Part shown: one piece after another, positions 18,908-26,490 of the stretch
How positions within the stretch are numbered: the stretch's first letter is position 1
How the letters are laid out: each line of letters starts with the position of its first letter
NCBI GenBank assembly: GCA_905181745.1
Contig: CAJIYV010000163.1
Coordinates: 1-33,582 of the forward strand
DNA: 33,582 nt
Direction of reading: 5' to 3'
Origin: an uncultured Actinomycetes bacterium
GTDB lineage: Bacteria > Actinomycetota > Actinomycetes > S36-B12
Notes under the pieces: generated by a model
Seen by the model: the letters and a program-made list of their open reading frames with translations, nothing else
Databases searched by the model: none
What the model was told of the DNA's origin: nothing
Translations under genes and position numbers: made by a program

Positions 18908-19558
18908 CTAAGCGCCAGCGACCTTGCTGGCCATTTCAAGTAGGTCCCTCGACGGCTCTGAATAAGTAATCGCAACCAACCCCTCGTCGTCGAAAGTCAA
19001 AGAAGTCACAGATGCCAAGGTGCATTGACGCGAACGCGGGTCATGCCACAACCTACGGTTCTCCGCAGCAAGCCGAGCAATCCAAATTGGTAGCTGATGG
19101 CTCACAAGAACCGCCTCGCGGCCTTTAGCCTGCAAACGCGCCGACTCAATTGCTGCGCTCATTCGAGTAGCCACAATGTCGTAGGGCTCACCCCATGACG
19201 GCTTGAAGGGGTTCCACAGGTGGCGCCAGGTCTTGGGCTGCTTAAGAACTCCGTCGCCAACACTCACCCGCTTGCCTTCGAAAATATTTTCGGCTTCGAT
19301 CAAGTCTGAATTGGTGACGATCTCGACTCCATGATTTTTTGCGATCGGTTCCGCGGTTTGTTGGGCGCGCTCCATCGGCGAGGAAATAACCGTGGCTATA
19401 TCGCGATTGGCCAGTGCGCTGGCAGCACGATCAGCCATCTTAAGACCAAGATCGCTGAGGAAGTAGCCCGGAAGCCGACCGTAGAGGACTCCCTGCGGGT
19501 TGTATACCTCACCATGGCGCAGCAAGTGGACAGTCGTGTGACCCGATACCGACGTCAT
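18908..19558 (-). CDS. Histidine phosphatase family protein (phosphoglycerate-mutase-like)
   Basis: 216-aa ORF with the N-terminal catalytic LLRHGEV (RHG) motif and a downstream SH motif (VLVSHQLPI). Its position matches the phosphatase that precedes the ccs genes in other Actinobacteria. Confidence 0.8.
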   Translation of the reverse strand: MTSVSGHTTVHLLRHGEVYNPQGVLYGRLPGYFLSDLGLKMADRAASALANRDIATVISSPMERAQQTAEPIAKNHGVEIVTNSDLIEAENIFEGKRVSVGDGVLKQPKTWRHLWNPFKPSWGEPYDIVATRMSAAIESARLQAKGREAVLVSHQLPIWIARLAAENRRLWHDPRSRQCTLASVTSLTFDDEGLVAITYSEPSRDLLEMASKVAGA

Positions 19559-19564
19559 GATGGC

Positions 19565-21349
19565 CTACTTCGTGCTCTTGCGCCGCGCGACCGGCCTGCG
19601 ACGACTTGGCCGCCAGGACACTTCACCACTTTCAAGTGCAGCGTCGCGCAAGCTTTCGGCATGAACGGAGAGTGCATCGACCAAGGCAAGTGGCGTATTG
19701 ACTTCAGCAAGGACATCCACCCGAAGGCCGTGTTCTGCTGCCGTCTTCGCGGTCTGTGGGCCAATGCAGGCAACAACCGTTGTCGCATGCGGTTTACCGG
19801 CGATTCCCACCAGATTTCGAACTGTGCTGCTCGAAGTAAACAGCACCGCATCAAAGCCACCGGTCTTGATAGCTTCGCGGGTGTGAGCGGGTGGCGGTGC
19901 TGCGCGAACAGTTCGAAATGCCGTGATGTCTTCAACTTCCCAGCCCAGTTCAATTAAGCCTGCGACTAAAGTGTCGGTTGAAATATCGGCTCGAGGAAGG
20001 AAAATTCGATTGATCGGATCGAGGAGGCTGTCGTACGGTGGCCATTCCTCCATCAACGCCGTGGTGTTTTGATCACCCGGTGGAACCAAATCGGGCTTCA
20101 CTCCAAAATCAATGAGGGCCGCGATCGTTGACGCTCCGACGGCTGCAACCTTCAGCCCAGAGAATGAGCGGGCGTCCAATCCGTATTCCTCGAGTTTCTC
20201 CCGAATCGCTCGTACCGCATTAAGGGAGGTGAAGCCAACCCATGCGTAACGGCCAGAAACCAATCCGTTGACTGCACGATCCATCTGCTGCGGGGTCCGT
20301 GGAGGCTCCACCGAAATTGTTGCTACTTCACTGGGGACTGCACCATGTGATTTGAGAACCTGCATCATTTCGGCAGTGTTGTCTTGGGTGCGTGGAATGA
20401 GTACCCGCCAGCCAACGAGTTCTTTCTTTTCAAACCAGTTGTACTTGTCTCGTTGATCAATTACTTCTCCTACAACCACAAAGCCGGGCCCGGAATCCTT
20501 TGAGTTTTTCAGTAGAGCTCCCACTCCGCCGAGGGTAGATACCGTTGTGCGTTGATCAACTGTCGTACCGTTACGAGTGATCGCGATCGGCGTAGCGAGA
20601 TCGCGCCCTGCTTTTATCAATTTGTCTGCGATTGCGGTCGCTAAATCGCCACCCTTAAGGAAGACGAGGGTCTGACGGGGACTCATTAAAGTTTCCCATT
20701 CAATCCCGGGATCCAGGGCGTCAAGAATTCGCACTTCATGGGACTTTCCGCCCGTCAGGTTAAAGCCTGCGAATGCCGGTATGCCGGTGACTTCGCTAAC
20801 TCCAGGGACAAATTCAAAATTGGCATGTGAACGGCGAAGCACCGAAATCTCGGGGATGAGCGCACCTGAAACCATGGGGTCTCCGAGAACCAAGCGCACA
20901 ACTAATTCCGATTCGCGCGCGAGCTCTAAAACCAACTTGGCCGCTTCTGCTGGCTCAAGTTCCTGTTCATCTTCGCCCACTGCAACGACTACCTTGTCTG
21001 CATTGACATAAGTCGTAGCAATGTGGCTGGCATGTACGTCGGCGACGATCTTGTCTGCCTTTTCCAGTAGGCGAACGGCTCGCATGGTTAACAACTCTGG
21101 GTCACCTGGCCCTGCCGCGATGAAAACGATTGAACCCAGCATTGCCTTTTTGCGCGGTGGGGTTGGCGCAACCTCTACCCCTTCAAGAGCTAAATATTTT
21201 GGTGCGGTTTTTTTTCCAGCAGTTGCTTCCTTGACTGCGAGCTTATTCGGTGTTGTCACTTGGGCTGCCTCTTTTGTTGGTGATGAACTGGTCTTGGCGG
21301 TTTTAGATGTTGGGGTTGTAGGTGTTGGGGATTTCGCATTTGGACTCAC
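19565..21349 (-). CDS. hemD: Fusion of a uroporphyrinogen-III C-methyltransferase-like domain with uroporphyrinogen-III synthase
   Basis: 594-aa ORF. Residues from about 70 carry the tetrapyrrole-methylase N-motif (IAAGPGDPELLT), VRLVLGDP and VPGVSE. The C-terminal half has a HemD-like repeat architecture. The first ~69 aa are a K/P/T/A-rich low-complexity extension. The GTG start at 21349 overlaps the rex stop (GTGA). An alternative ATG lies at 21142. Confidence 0.85.
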   Translation of the reverse strand: MSPNAKSPTPTTPTSKTAKTSSSPTKEAAQVTTPNKLAVKEATAGKKTAPKYLALEGVEVAPTPPRKKAMLGSIVFIAAGPGDPELLTMRAVRLLEKADKIVADVHASHIATTYVNADKVVVAVGEDEQELEPAEAAKLVLELARESELVVRLVLGDPMVSGALIPEISVLRRSHANFEFVPGVSEVTGIPAFAGFNLTGGKSHEVRILDALDPGIEWETLMSPRQTLVFLKGGDLATAIADKLIKAGRDLATPIAITRNGTTVDQRTTVSTLGGVGALLKNSKDSGPGFVVVGEVIDQRDKYNWFEKKELVGWRVLIPRTQDNTAEMMQVLKSHGAVPSEVATISVEPPRTPQQMDRAVNGLVSGRYAWVGFTSLNAVRAIREKLEEYGLDARSFSGLKVAAVGASTIAALIDFGVKPDLVPPGDQNTTALMEEWPPYDSLLDPINRIFLPRADISTDTLVAGLIELGWEVEDITAFRTVRAAPPPAHTREAIKTGGFDAVLFTSSSTVRNLVGIAGKPHATTVVACIGPQTAKTAAEHGLRVDVLAEVNTPLALVDALSVHAESLRDAALESGEVSWRPSRRRPVARRKSTK

Positions 21350-22044
21350 GCGATGTCCACCTGGCTAAGTTCCTGCGGGCTCGGTTCAGAGTCCAACTTT
21401 TGATCATGGAATGCGAGAATTTGTAGTTCGACGGCTAAATCCACTTTTCGCACTTCTACCTCTTGCGACACTTTAAGGAATACTGGTGCAAAGTTGAGAA
21501 TGCTCACGAGTCCCGCTTCGATCATGAGGTCGGCGATTTCCTGGGCCGACTCCGCAGGGGTGGTGATTACCCCGATATTTGCATCCTTTTTCGAGACAAC
21601 TGCCGCTAAATCGCTTATGGGCATGACTGTGAATGATTCCTGGCCGCACAGCAGCGTACTTCCTACCATCTCATGGTCTCGGTCAAAAATTCCCACAATG
21701 TGAAAACCTCGGGCGCCAAATGCGCGGTAGGAAGCCAGTGCTCGACCCAGATTTCCCATTCCGACAATCACAATTCCACGCGACTTGGTCACGCCCAGCT
21801 CACGCGCGATGTGAAAGGTCAGGTAGGAGACGTTATAGCCGACTCCACGCGTTCCAAATGATCCGAGGTGCGAGAGGTCTTTGCGCAGCTTTGCTGAACT
21901 CACCCCACAGGCGGCCGCGAGTTCTTCGCTGGCAATTGTGACAACTCCTTGGGATCCAAAAGTTGACAATACGCGGTGGTAAACGGGCAGCCGGGCAATA
22001 GTTGCCGCCGGGATGCCACCGGGTTTACGGCTGGGAACAGTCAC
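21346..22044 (-). CDS. rex: Redox-sensing transcriptional repressor Rex
   Basis: 232-aa ORF with a GTG start and a GAGG about 8 nt upstream. The N-terminal winged-helix signature ATIARLPVYHRVL and the Rossmann motif IVGMGNLGRALA are present. Confidence 0.9.
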   Translation of the reverse strand: MTVPSRKPGGIPAATIARLPVYHRVLSTFGSQGVVTIASEELAAACGVSSAKLRKDLSHLGSFGTRGVGYNVSYLTFHIARELGVTKSRGIVIVGMGNLGRALASYRAFGARGFHIVGIFDRDHEMVGSTLLCGQESFTVMPISDLAAVVSKKDANIGVITTPAESAQEIADLMIEAGLVSILNFAPVFLKVSQEVEVRKVDLAVELQILAFHDQKLDSEPSPQELSQVDIA

Positions 22045-22200
22045 TGTTTTTACCTCGGGTTAAAGGGCACGTGGGGTGCGTGTTCCAGTGTGATTGCGGC
22101 CTTGTGAAGTGGAGCTACCCCTTGGTGCGCCGGTAAGGATCAGCTTCTCGGTGCACTACGAGGTAACGCCCGGAACTCTATTCAATTGCGTAACCAGATA

Positions 22201-22485
22201 TCAAATATTACCGGACACAATCGTCCGATTATCGAACTGTTGAGCCGAAAGTTTGGTAACCAAACGATCTCGATTGACCCGCCAGAAGTCAAAAGGCTCG
22301 CCATCGACCAAGATCACCGGGATTTTTTCCCAATACAGATCAGCTAAATTTGGGTCCTCGGTTATGGACACGACTCGAAATTCTTGACCGAGTTGTTCAC
22401 ACACTTGGGCTACCACTTCGATTGCCTGCTCACACAAGTGACAATCGGGTTTACCCACTACCGTAACGCGCGGCGATCGGGTCAC
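22201..22485 (-). CDS. Glutaredoxin-like small thioredoxin-fold protein
   Basis: 94-aa ORF with the GKPDCHLCEQA CxxC motif near the N-terminus. It overlaps the upstream ligase gene by 4 nt. From memory, a comparable small gene precedes the hem cluster in mycobacteria. Confidence 0.72.
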   Translation of the reverse strand: MTRSPRVTVVGKPDCHLCEQAIEVVAQVCEQLGQEFRVVSITEDPNLADLYWEKIPVILVDGEPFDFWRVNRDRLVTKLSAQQFDNRTIVSGNI

Positions 22486-24122
22486 ACTTGCTCAATCATT
22501 TCGCCGTACACCTCACGCAAACGACCTTTGGCAATTTTCCCAGTTGCAGAACGCGGTAAGTTCCGAACAATCAGGATCTGAGTGGGGCATTTGAATCGTG
22601 CAAGTGATTTGGCAACAGCTTCGGAGATGAATTCCACTGTGGCCCCAGATCCCGGTGCCAACACGACAAGCGCGCTCACCCCCTCACCCGTTTCGGCGTC
22701 AGGCCGACCCAGAACCGCGGCCTCCGCAATATCGTCGAGTTCTTCAAGGGCCACTTCAACCTCGCGCGGGAAAACATTGAAGCCGTTGACAATTATCAAC
22801 TCACGTCGCCGATCAACCAAATGCAACGCACCGGTTTCATCTTGGTAACCAATATCTCCCGTGCCAAACCAACCTTGGGAGTCGGGTCCGCCATCGCGGT
22901 CAGGCCAGTAACCCAGGAAAACTCCTGGGCCCTTTACCCAGATCTCCCCCGGATCACCAAATTCAGAATCTTCTCCCGAGTCCGCCACAATTCGAATAGC
23001 TGTTCCGGAAATTGGTAAACCCACGCAACCTGATCGAGCCCGAGAATCAACGACCGTTGACGCAATGACCGGAGAAGTTTCTGTCATGCCATAACCCTCA
23101 AAAATGCGCATGCCAGTGAGCTCCTCAAAACGATTGAAAACTTCCACTGGCAAAGGAGCTCCTCCGCTGGAAAGCAATCGGATCGGGCGCATTGCAGTCG
23201 CTACGAAGGGAACTCGCGACCACATCAGGTACATTGCCGGAGCGCCAGCGACCGTTGTGACATGTTCGCGAGAAATCACGTTCAAGGAGTCAACAGCATC
23301 AAAGCGGTCAAGAATGACTACCGATGCACCGGCTGCAATTGCCATTGTCAGAACCGTGTTCAACCCATACACGTGAAATAGCGGCAAGACGGCGAGCACC
23401 GTGTCTTCAGCACTCACAATTGGTGGGTTACGTAAGTCCAGCAAGGCGGAAACGTTGCTTACCAAATTGGCATGGGTGAGCATGACCCCTTTTGGGTTTC
23501 CGTCAGAAGCCGAAGTGAACAGAAGTAAGCCAAGATCGTCGGGTGCAATTTGCGGGAAGCCAATTTGGAAGTCAGATTTGCGAGTCAAGTTCCGGATCGA
23601 ATCCTTGACCAATTTCCGAATTGACTCACGAGCCGAAGTTATCTCTTCGCACAACATTGCTGGACAAGAATCCGGAACTGAGCCCGCCCCCAGCTCTGCA
23701 CATTTAGCAGACACCAATAGCATCTTGGCTTGCGATAACTCAAGGATTTCCGTGATCTCCAAAGACGTGTAATTAGGATTCAACGGGATGGGAACCATTC
23801 CGGCTCGAACAATGCCGAAATAGGAAACTGCGAACTCAATTGAGTTCTCCATCAAGATAGCAACGCGATCTCCACTGCGCGAAGGGTTTAGCCCCCCCTC
23901 TAGTAGCGCAGCTGCCGTCGCGCTCACTCGAGAATCCAAAGCAGAGTAGGAAATGCGCTCACCGGATTCCACTTCAATTAAGGCAATTCGTTCTGGATCA
24001 TTCAGTGCCGAGTTTCGCAAGAAGTCAGCAACGGTCACCACGCGATTAACCGTCACAGTTTCGCGATCTGAATTTACCGAGTCCACACCCCGAGTTTGCC
24101 ACATCAGCGGATCTGGGAACAC
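22482..24122 (-). CDS. AMP-dependent acyl-CoA synthetase/ligase (FadD-like)
   Basis: 546-aa ORF with adenylate-forming motifs FTSASDGNPKGVMLTH, GYGMTE, TGDIGYQDETG and a C-terminal GKIAKGRL. The true start may lie downstream of the GTG at 24122. Confidence 0.87.
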   Translation of the reverse strand: MFPDPLMWQTRGVDSVNSDRETVTVNRVVTVADFLRNSALNDPERIALIEVESGERISYSALDSRVSATAAALLEGGLNPSRSGDRVAILMENSIEFAVSYFGIVRAGMVPIPLNPNYTSLEITEILELSQAKMLLVSAKCAELGAGSVPDSCPAMLCEEITSARESIRKLVKDSIRNLTRKSDFQIGFPQIAPDDLGLLLFTSASDGNPKGVMLTHANLVSNVSALLDLRNPPIVSAEDTVLAVLPLFHVYGLNTVLTMAIAAGASVVILDRFDAVDSLNVISREHVTTVAGAPAMYLMWSRVPFVATAMRPIRLLSSGGAPLPVEVFNRFEELTGMRIFEGYGMTETSPVIASTVVDSRARSGCVGLPISGTAIRIVADSGEDSEFGDPGEIWVKGPGVFLGYWPDRDGGPDSQGWFGTGDIGYQDETGALHLVDRRRELIIVNGFNVFPREVEVALEELDDIAEAAVLGRPDAETGEGVSALVVLAPGSGATVEFISEAVAKSLARFKCPTQILIVRNLPRSATGKIAKGRLREVYGEMIEQV

Positions 24123-24143
24123 CCGGTGAGTACTCTTTGATCT

Positions 24144-25037
24144 GTGTCGCCTGAAAAACCTGCCAGGAACGGGAATGTCTTAGAGACCTTCCGCCATTCT
24201 GGCCTCGCCTCGGCAGCGGCGGCTCACCATTCGCGGAGCACCGAGCGAGGCGACGGCCTCTCCGCTGCGTTCTTTGACGTTGATAACACGATAATGCGGG
24301 GAGCGTCCCTATTCCACTTCGCGGCTGGTCTCGCGAAACTCAAATATTTCTCTGGCCGCGACATTTTTGGCTTCGGCATCAAGCAAATGAAATTTGTACT
24401 TTCGGGGTCTGAGAACTTAGAAGATGTGGCGTCAGCCACGGAAGCCGCTCTCGCATTTGTTCAAGGTCGTAGCGTGGAAGAACTGACCCGTTTAAGCGAG
24501 ATAGTTTTCGATCAAAGAATGGTTGACAAATTGATTCCGGGCACGTTGGCATTGGCTCAGCAACATATTGATGCCGGCGAAGATGTCTGGCTGGTCACTG
24601 CAACCCCGGTAGAACTTGCCGACTTGATCGCCCGACGCCTTGGATTAACAGGTGCACTGGGAACGGTCTCCAAAACCGAGAATGGTATCTACACAGGAAA
24701 GCTCGATGGATACCCACTGCACGGCTTAGCCAAAGCCGAGGCTGTGCGGGCTCTCGCGAGTAGTGAGCATTACGACCTCAGCGCATGCTATGCCTACTCT
24801 GATTCAGCAAATGACATTCCGATGCTGTCAATCGTTGGATTTGCCACCGCCGTGAACCCGGATCCAGACCTGCGCGCCTACGCCAAGAAAATGGACTGGG
24901 AGGTCAGTGACTTTCGCAAACGCGCGCAATTGCGCGAAAATGCATTGCCCGTTGCGACTACTGCCGGCGGAATCGCATTCGGCCTCACTGCAGGTTACGC
25001 ACTGGGTCGAATCGCTCGCGGTTTAAAAAATACTTGA
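24144..25037 (+). CDS. HAD-IB family hydrolase (SerB-like phosphatase) with a C-terminal hydrophobic segment
   Basis: 297-aa ORF with a GTG start. It has HAD motif I FFDVDNTI, motif-III/IV-like YSDSANDIPML, and a C-terminal helix GGIAFGLTAGYALG. Confidence 0.8.
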   Translation: MSPEKPARNGNVLETFRHSGLASAAAAHHSRSTERGDGLSAAFFDVDNTIMRGASLFHFAAGLAKLKYFSGRDIFGFGIKQMKFVLSGSENLEDVASATEAALAFVQGRSVEELTRLSEIVFDQRMVDKLIPGTLALAQQHIDAGEDVWLVTATPVELADLIARRLGLTGALGTVSKTENGIYTGKLDGYPLHGLAKAEAVRALASSEHYDLSACYAYSDSANDIPMLSIVGFATAVNPDPDLRAYAKKMDWEVSDFRKRAQLRENALPVATTAGGIAFGLTAGYALGRIARGLKNT

Positions 25038-25781
25038 ACGCGTGGCTAGCAATTCTCGAATAGTTTGGGTGAGTTCCCCTCTCACGTAATCCGAGCAGGC
25101 GAATGCATCCAATGGACTTTCTGACTCCGGTGGTGCAATTGGGGTACCAAATGAAATGGTCCACTTACTGGGAAATGGAATCAGACCCAACGGACCGAGC
25201 ATCGGGAAAGTAGGGGTCACCGGCAGATAAGGAATGTCAGCCCAATCAAGTAACCCTTCGACGCGCGCGACGAGCGGATACGCCTCTTCAGATCCAATGA
25301 CCACGGTGGGGATTATGGGGACTTGATTAACCGCAGCCAGGCGAGCGAAACCCGCGCGACCGAATTCCTGCAATTGGTAACGGTGCTCAATTGTCTTACC
25401 GACCCCGTTCACCCCTTCGGGCCACACGCCGACCAAGTGGCCGGCCTGAAGCAACTCACTGGCAGTGTCGAAATGAGCAGGATGCACATTCAAATGCGCC
25501 ATCAATTCCCGCATGGGCTCTTGGAAAAGGAAGTTCGCTCCCAAAAGGTGCAGTGCGCGGGAAGAGTTTCGTTCAAGAGCATGCACGACCATGAGGGCAT
25601 CGATTGCGAATGCTCCCGCGTGGTTGCCGACGAAAAGCGCCGGCCCTGATGCCGGAATATTTCCCGAGCCTAGGACTTGGGTACGAAACCAGTCGCGATA
25701 AATGGGTTCGAGAACGCCGTCAAAGAACCTACGAGCCAAAAGGCTAGGACCTTTAGCCGCGTAATCCGGAGCACTGTACAT
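25023..25781 (-). CDS. Lysophospholipid/1-acylglycerol-3-phosphate acyltransferase family protein
   Basis: 252-aa ORF with acyltransferase-type blocks (FVGNHAGAFAIDA, VGVWPEG, IIPTVVIGSEE). It overlaps the HAD gene convergently by 15 nt. Confidence 0.72.
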   Translation of the reverse strand: MYSAPDYAAKGPSLLARRFFDGVLEPIYRDWFRTQVLGSGNIPASGPALFVGNHAGAFAIDALMVVHALERNSSRALHLLGANFLFQEPMRELMAHLNVHPAHFDTASELLQAGHLVGVWPEGVNGVGKTIEHRYQLQEFGRAGFARLAAVNQVPIIPTVVIGSEEAYPLVARVEGLLDWADIPYLPVTPTFPMLGPLGLIPFPSKWTISFGTPIAPPESESPLDAFACSDYVRGELTQTIRELLATRSSIF

Positions 25782-25809
25782 GACCGTACCGGGGTGCGGG
25801 GCTTCGTGG

Positions 25810-25908
25810 ACTACTTCTTGTTTCTGCGCTGGACTCGCGTGCGACGCAACAGTTTGCGGTGCTTCTTCTTAGCCATCCGCTTGCGACGTTTTTTAATTAC
25901 TGAGCCCA
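25810..25908 (-). CDS. 30S ribosomal protein bS22 (actinobacterial 32-aa basic peptide)
   Basis: Too short to appear in the ORF track. By hand translation of the minus strand it reads [32 protein letters not shown] followed by a stop. AAGGGA lies about 8 nt upstream of the ATG. Sequence and position (HTH gene, then bS22, near proC) match the mycobacterial Rv0500A/Rv0500B arrangement as I remember it. Confidence 0.82.
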
Positions 25909-26006
25909 TATAACAATTCCCTTAACTTGAAGTCAATTTCGTAAAAGCGATCTCGAGTGTATCGGTGGCCACTCGCAACGTATGTTGGGAGGTTCCTTGG
26001 AGACCT

Positions 26007-26204
26007 TTAGGCGGTTTCTATGATCGAATCGCGTAAATAATCCTGTACCGCCTGTTCAGGCACTCGGAATGAGCGACCGACTCGAACGGCTGGCAATTCA
26101 CCACTGTGTACCAAGCGGTAGACCGTCATCTTGGACACCCGCATCACGGCGGCAACTTCCGCTACGGTCAGAAAACGTACGTCGCCGAAAGCTGCTGTTG
26201 ACAT
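26007..26204 (-). CDS. Small helix-turn-helix DNA-binding protein (excisionase/MerR-like HTH_17 type)
   Basis: The core FLTVAEVAAVMRVSKMTVYRLVHSGELPAVRVGRSFRV is highly conserved across Actinobacteria. I prefer the ATG at 26204, which has a GGAG about 7 nt upstream. The track ORF extends to 26240. Confidence 0.85.
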   Translation of the reverse strand: MSTAAFGDVRFLTVAEVAAVMRVSKMTVYRLVHSGELPAVRVGRSFRVPEQAVQDYLRDSIIETA

Positions 26205-26490
26205 GCGGTGCTCCATAATGTGAGACGTTGCGGGAATCACTTCCCTTGAACAGGACTATCGAACAATAGTCGGTAACCCTAGCGTGGCGCGACCCATACC
26301 CGAAAAAACTCAAAGTTTCTGGATTGACACGCTAGAACCAGGAGTTAACTTCTGGGTCCAATCCGAAAAATGCCAGCCAAGTTTCCATGATTGCCGAACT
26401 AACCGGATGCTCCGCATCAATACTTGGTCAATTAGTTTGGCCCAAGAATTCTGCCCGTCTAAGACGCATTCTCCGCTGGGCATAGGGACC

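Noticed and set aside
19555-19953. 132-aa minus-strand ORF overlapping the hemD 3' end in another frame
   Set aside because: It is an Arg/Leu/Pro-rich alternative-frame product inside a well-supported gene, with no independent ribosome-binding site.
22101-22118. Possible Rex operator upstream of rex (TTGTGAAGTGGAGCTACC)
   Set aside because: Only the left half-site matches. The right arm (AGCTACC) matches TTCACAA at 1 of 7 positions, so I do not call it an operator. It is mentioned only in the related finding.
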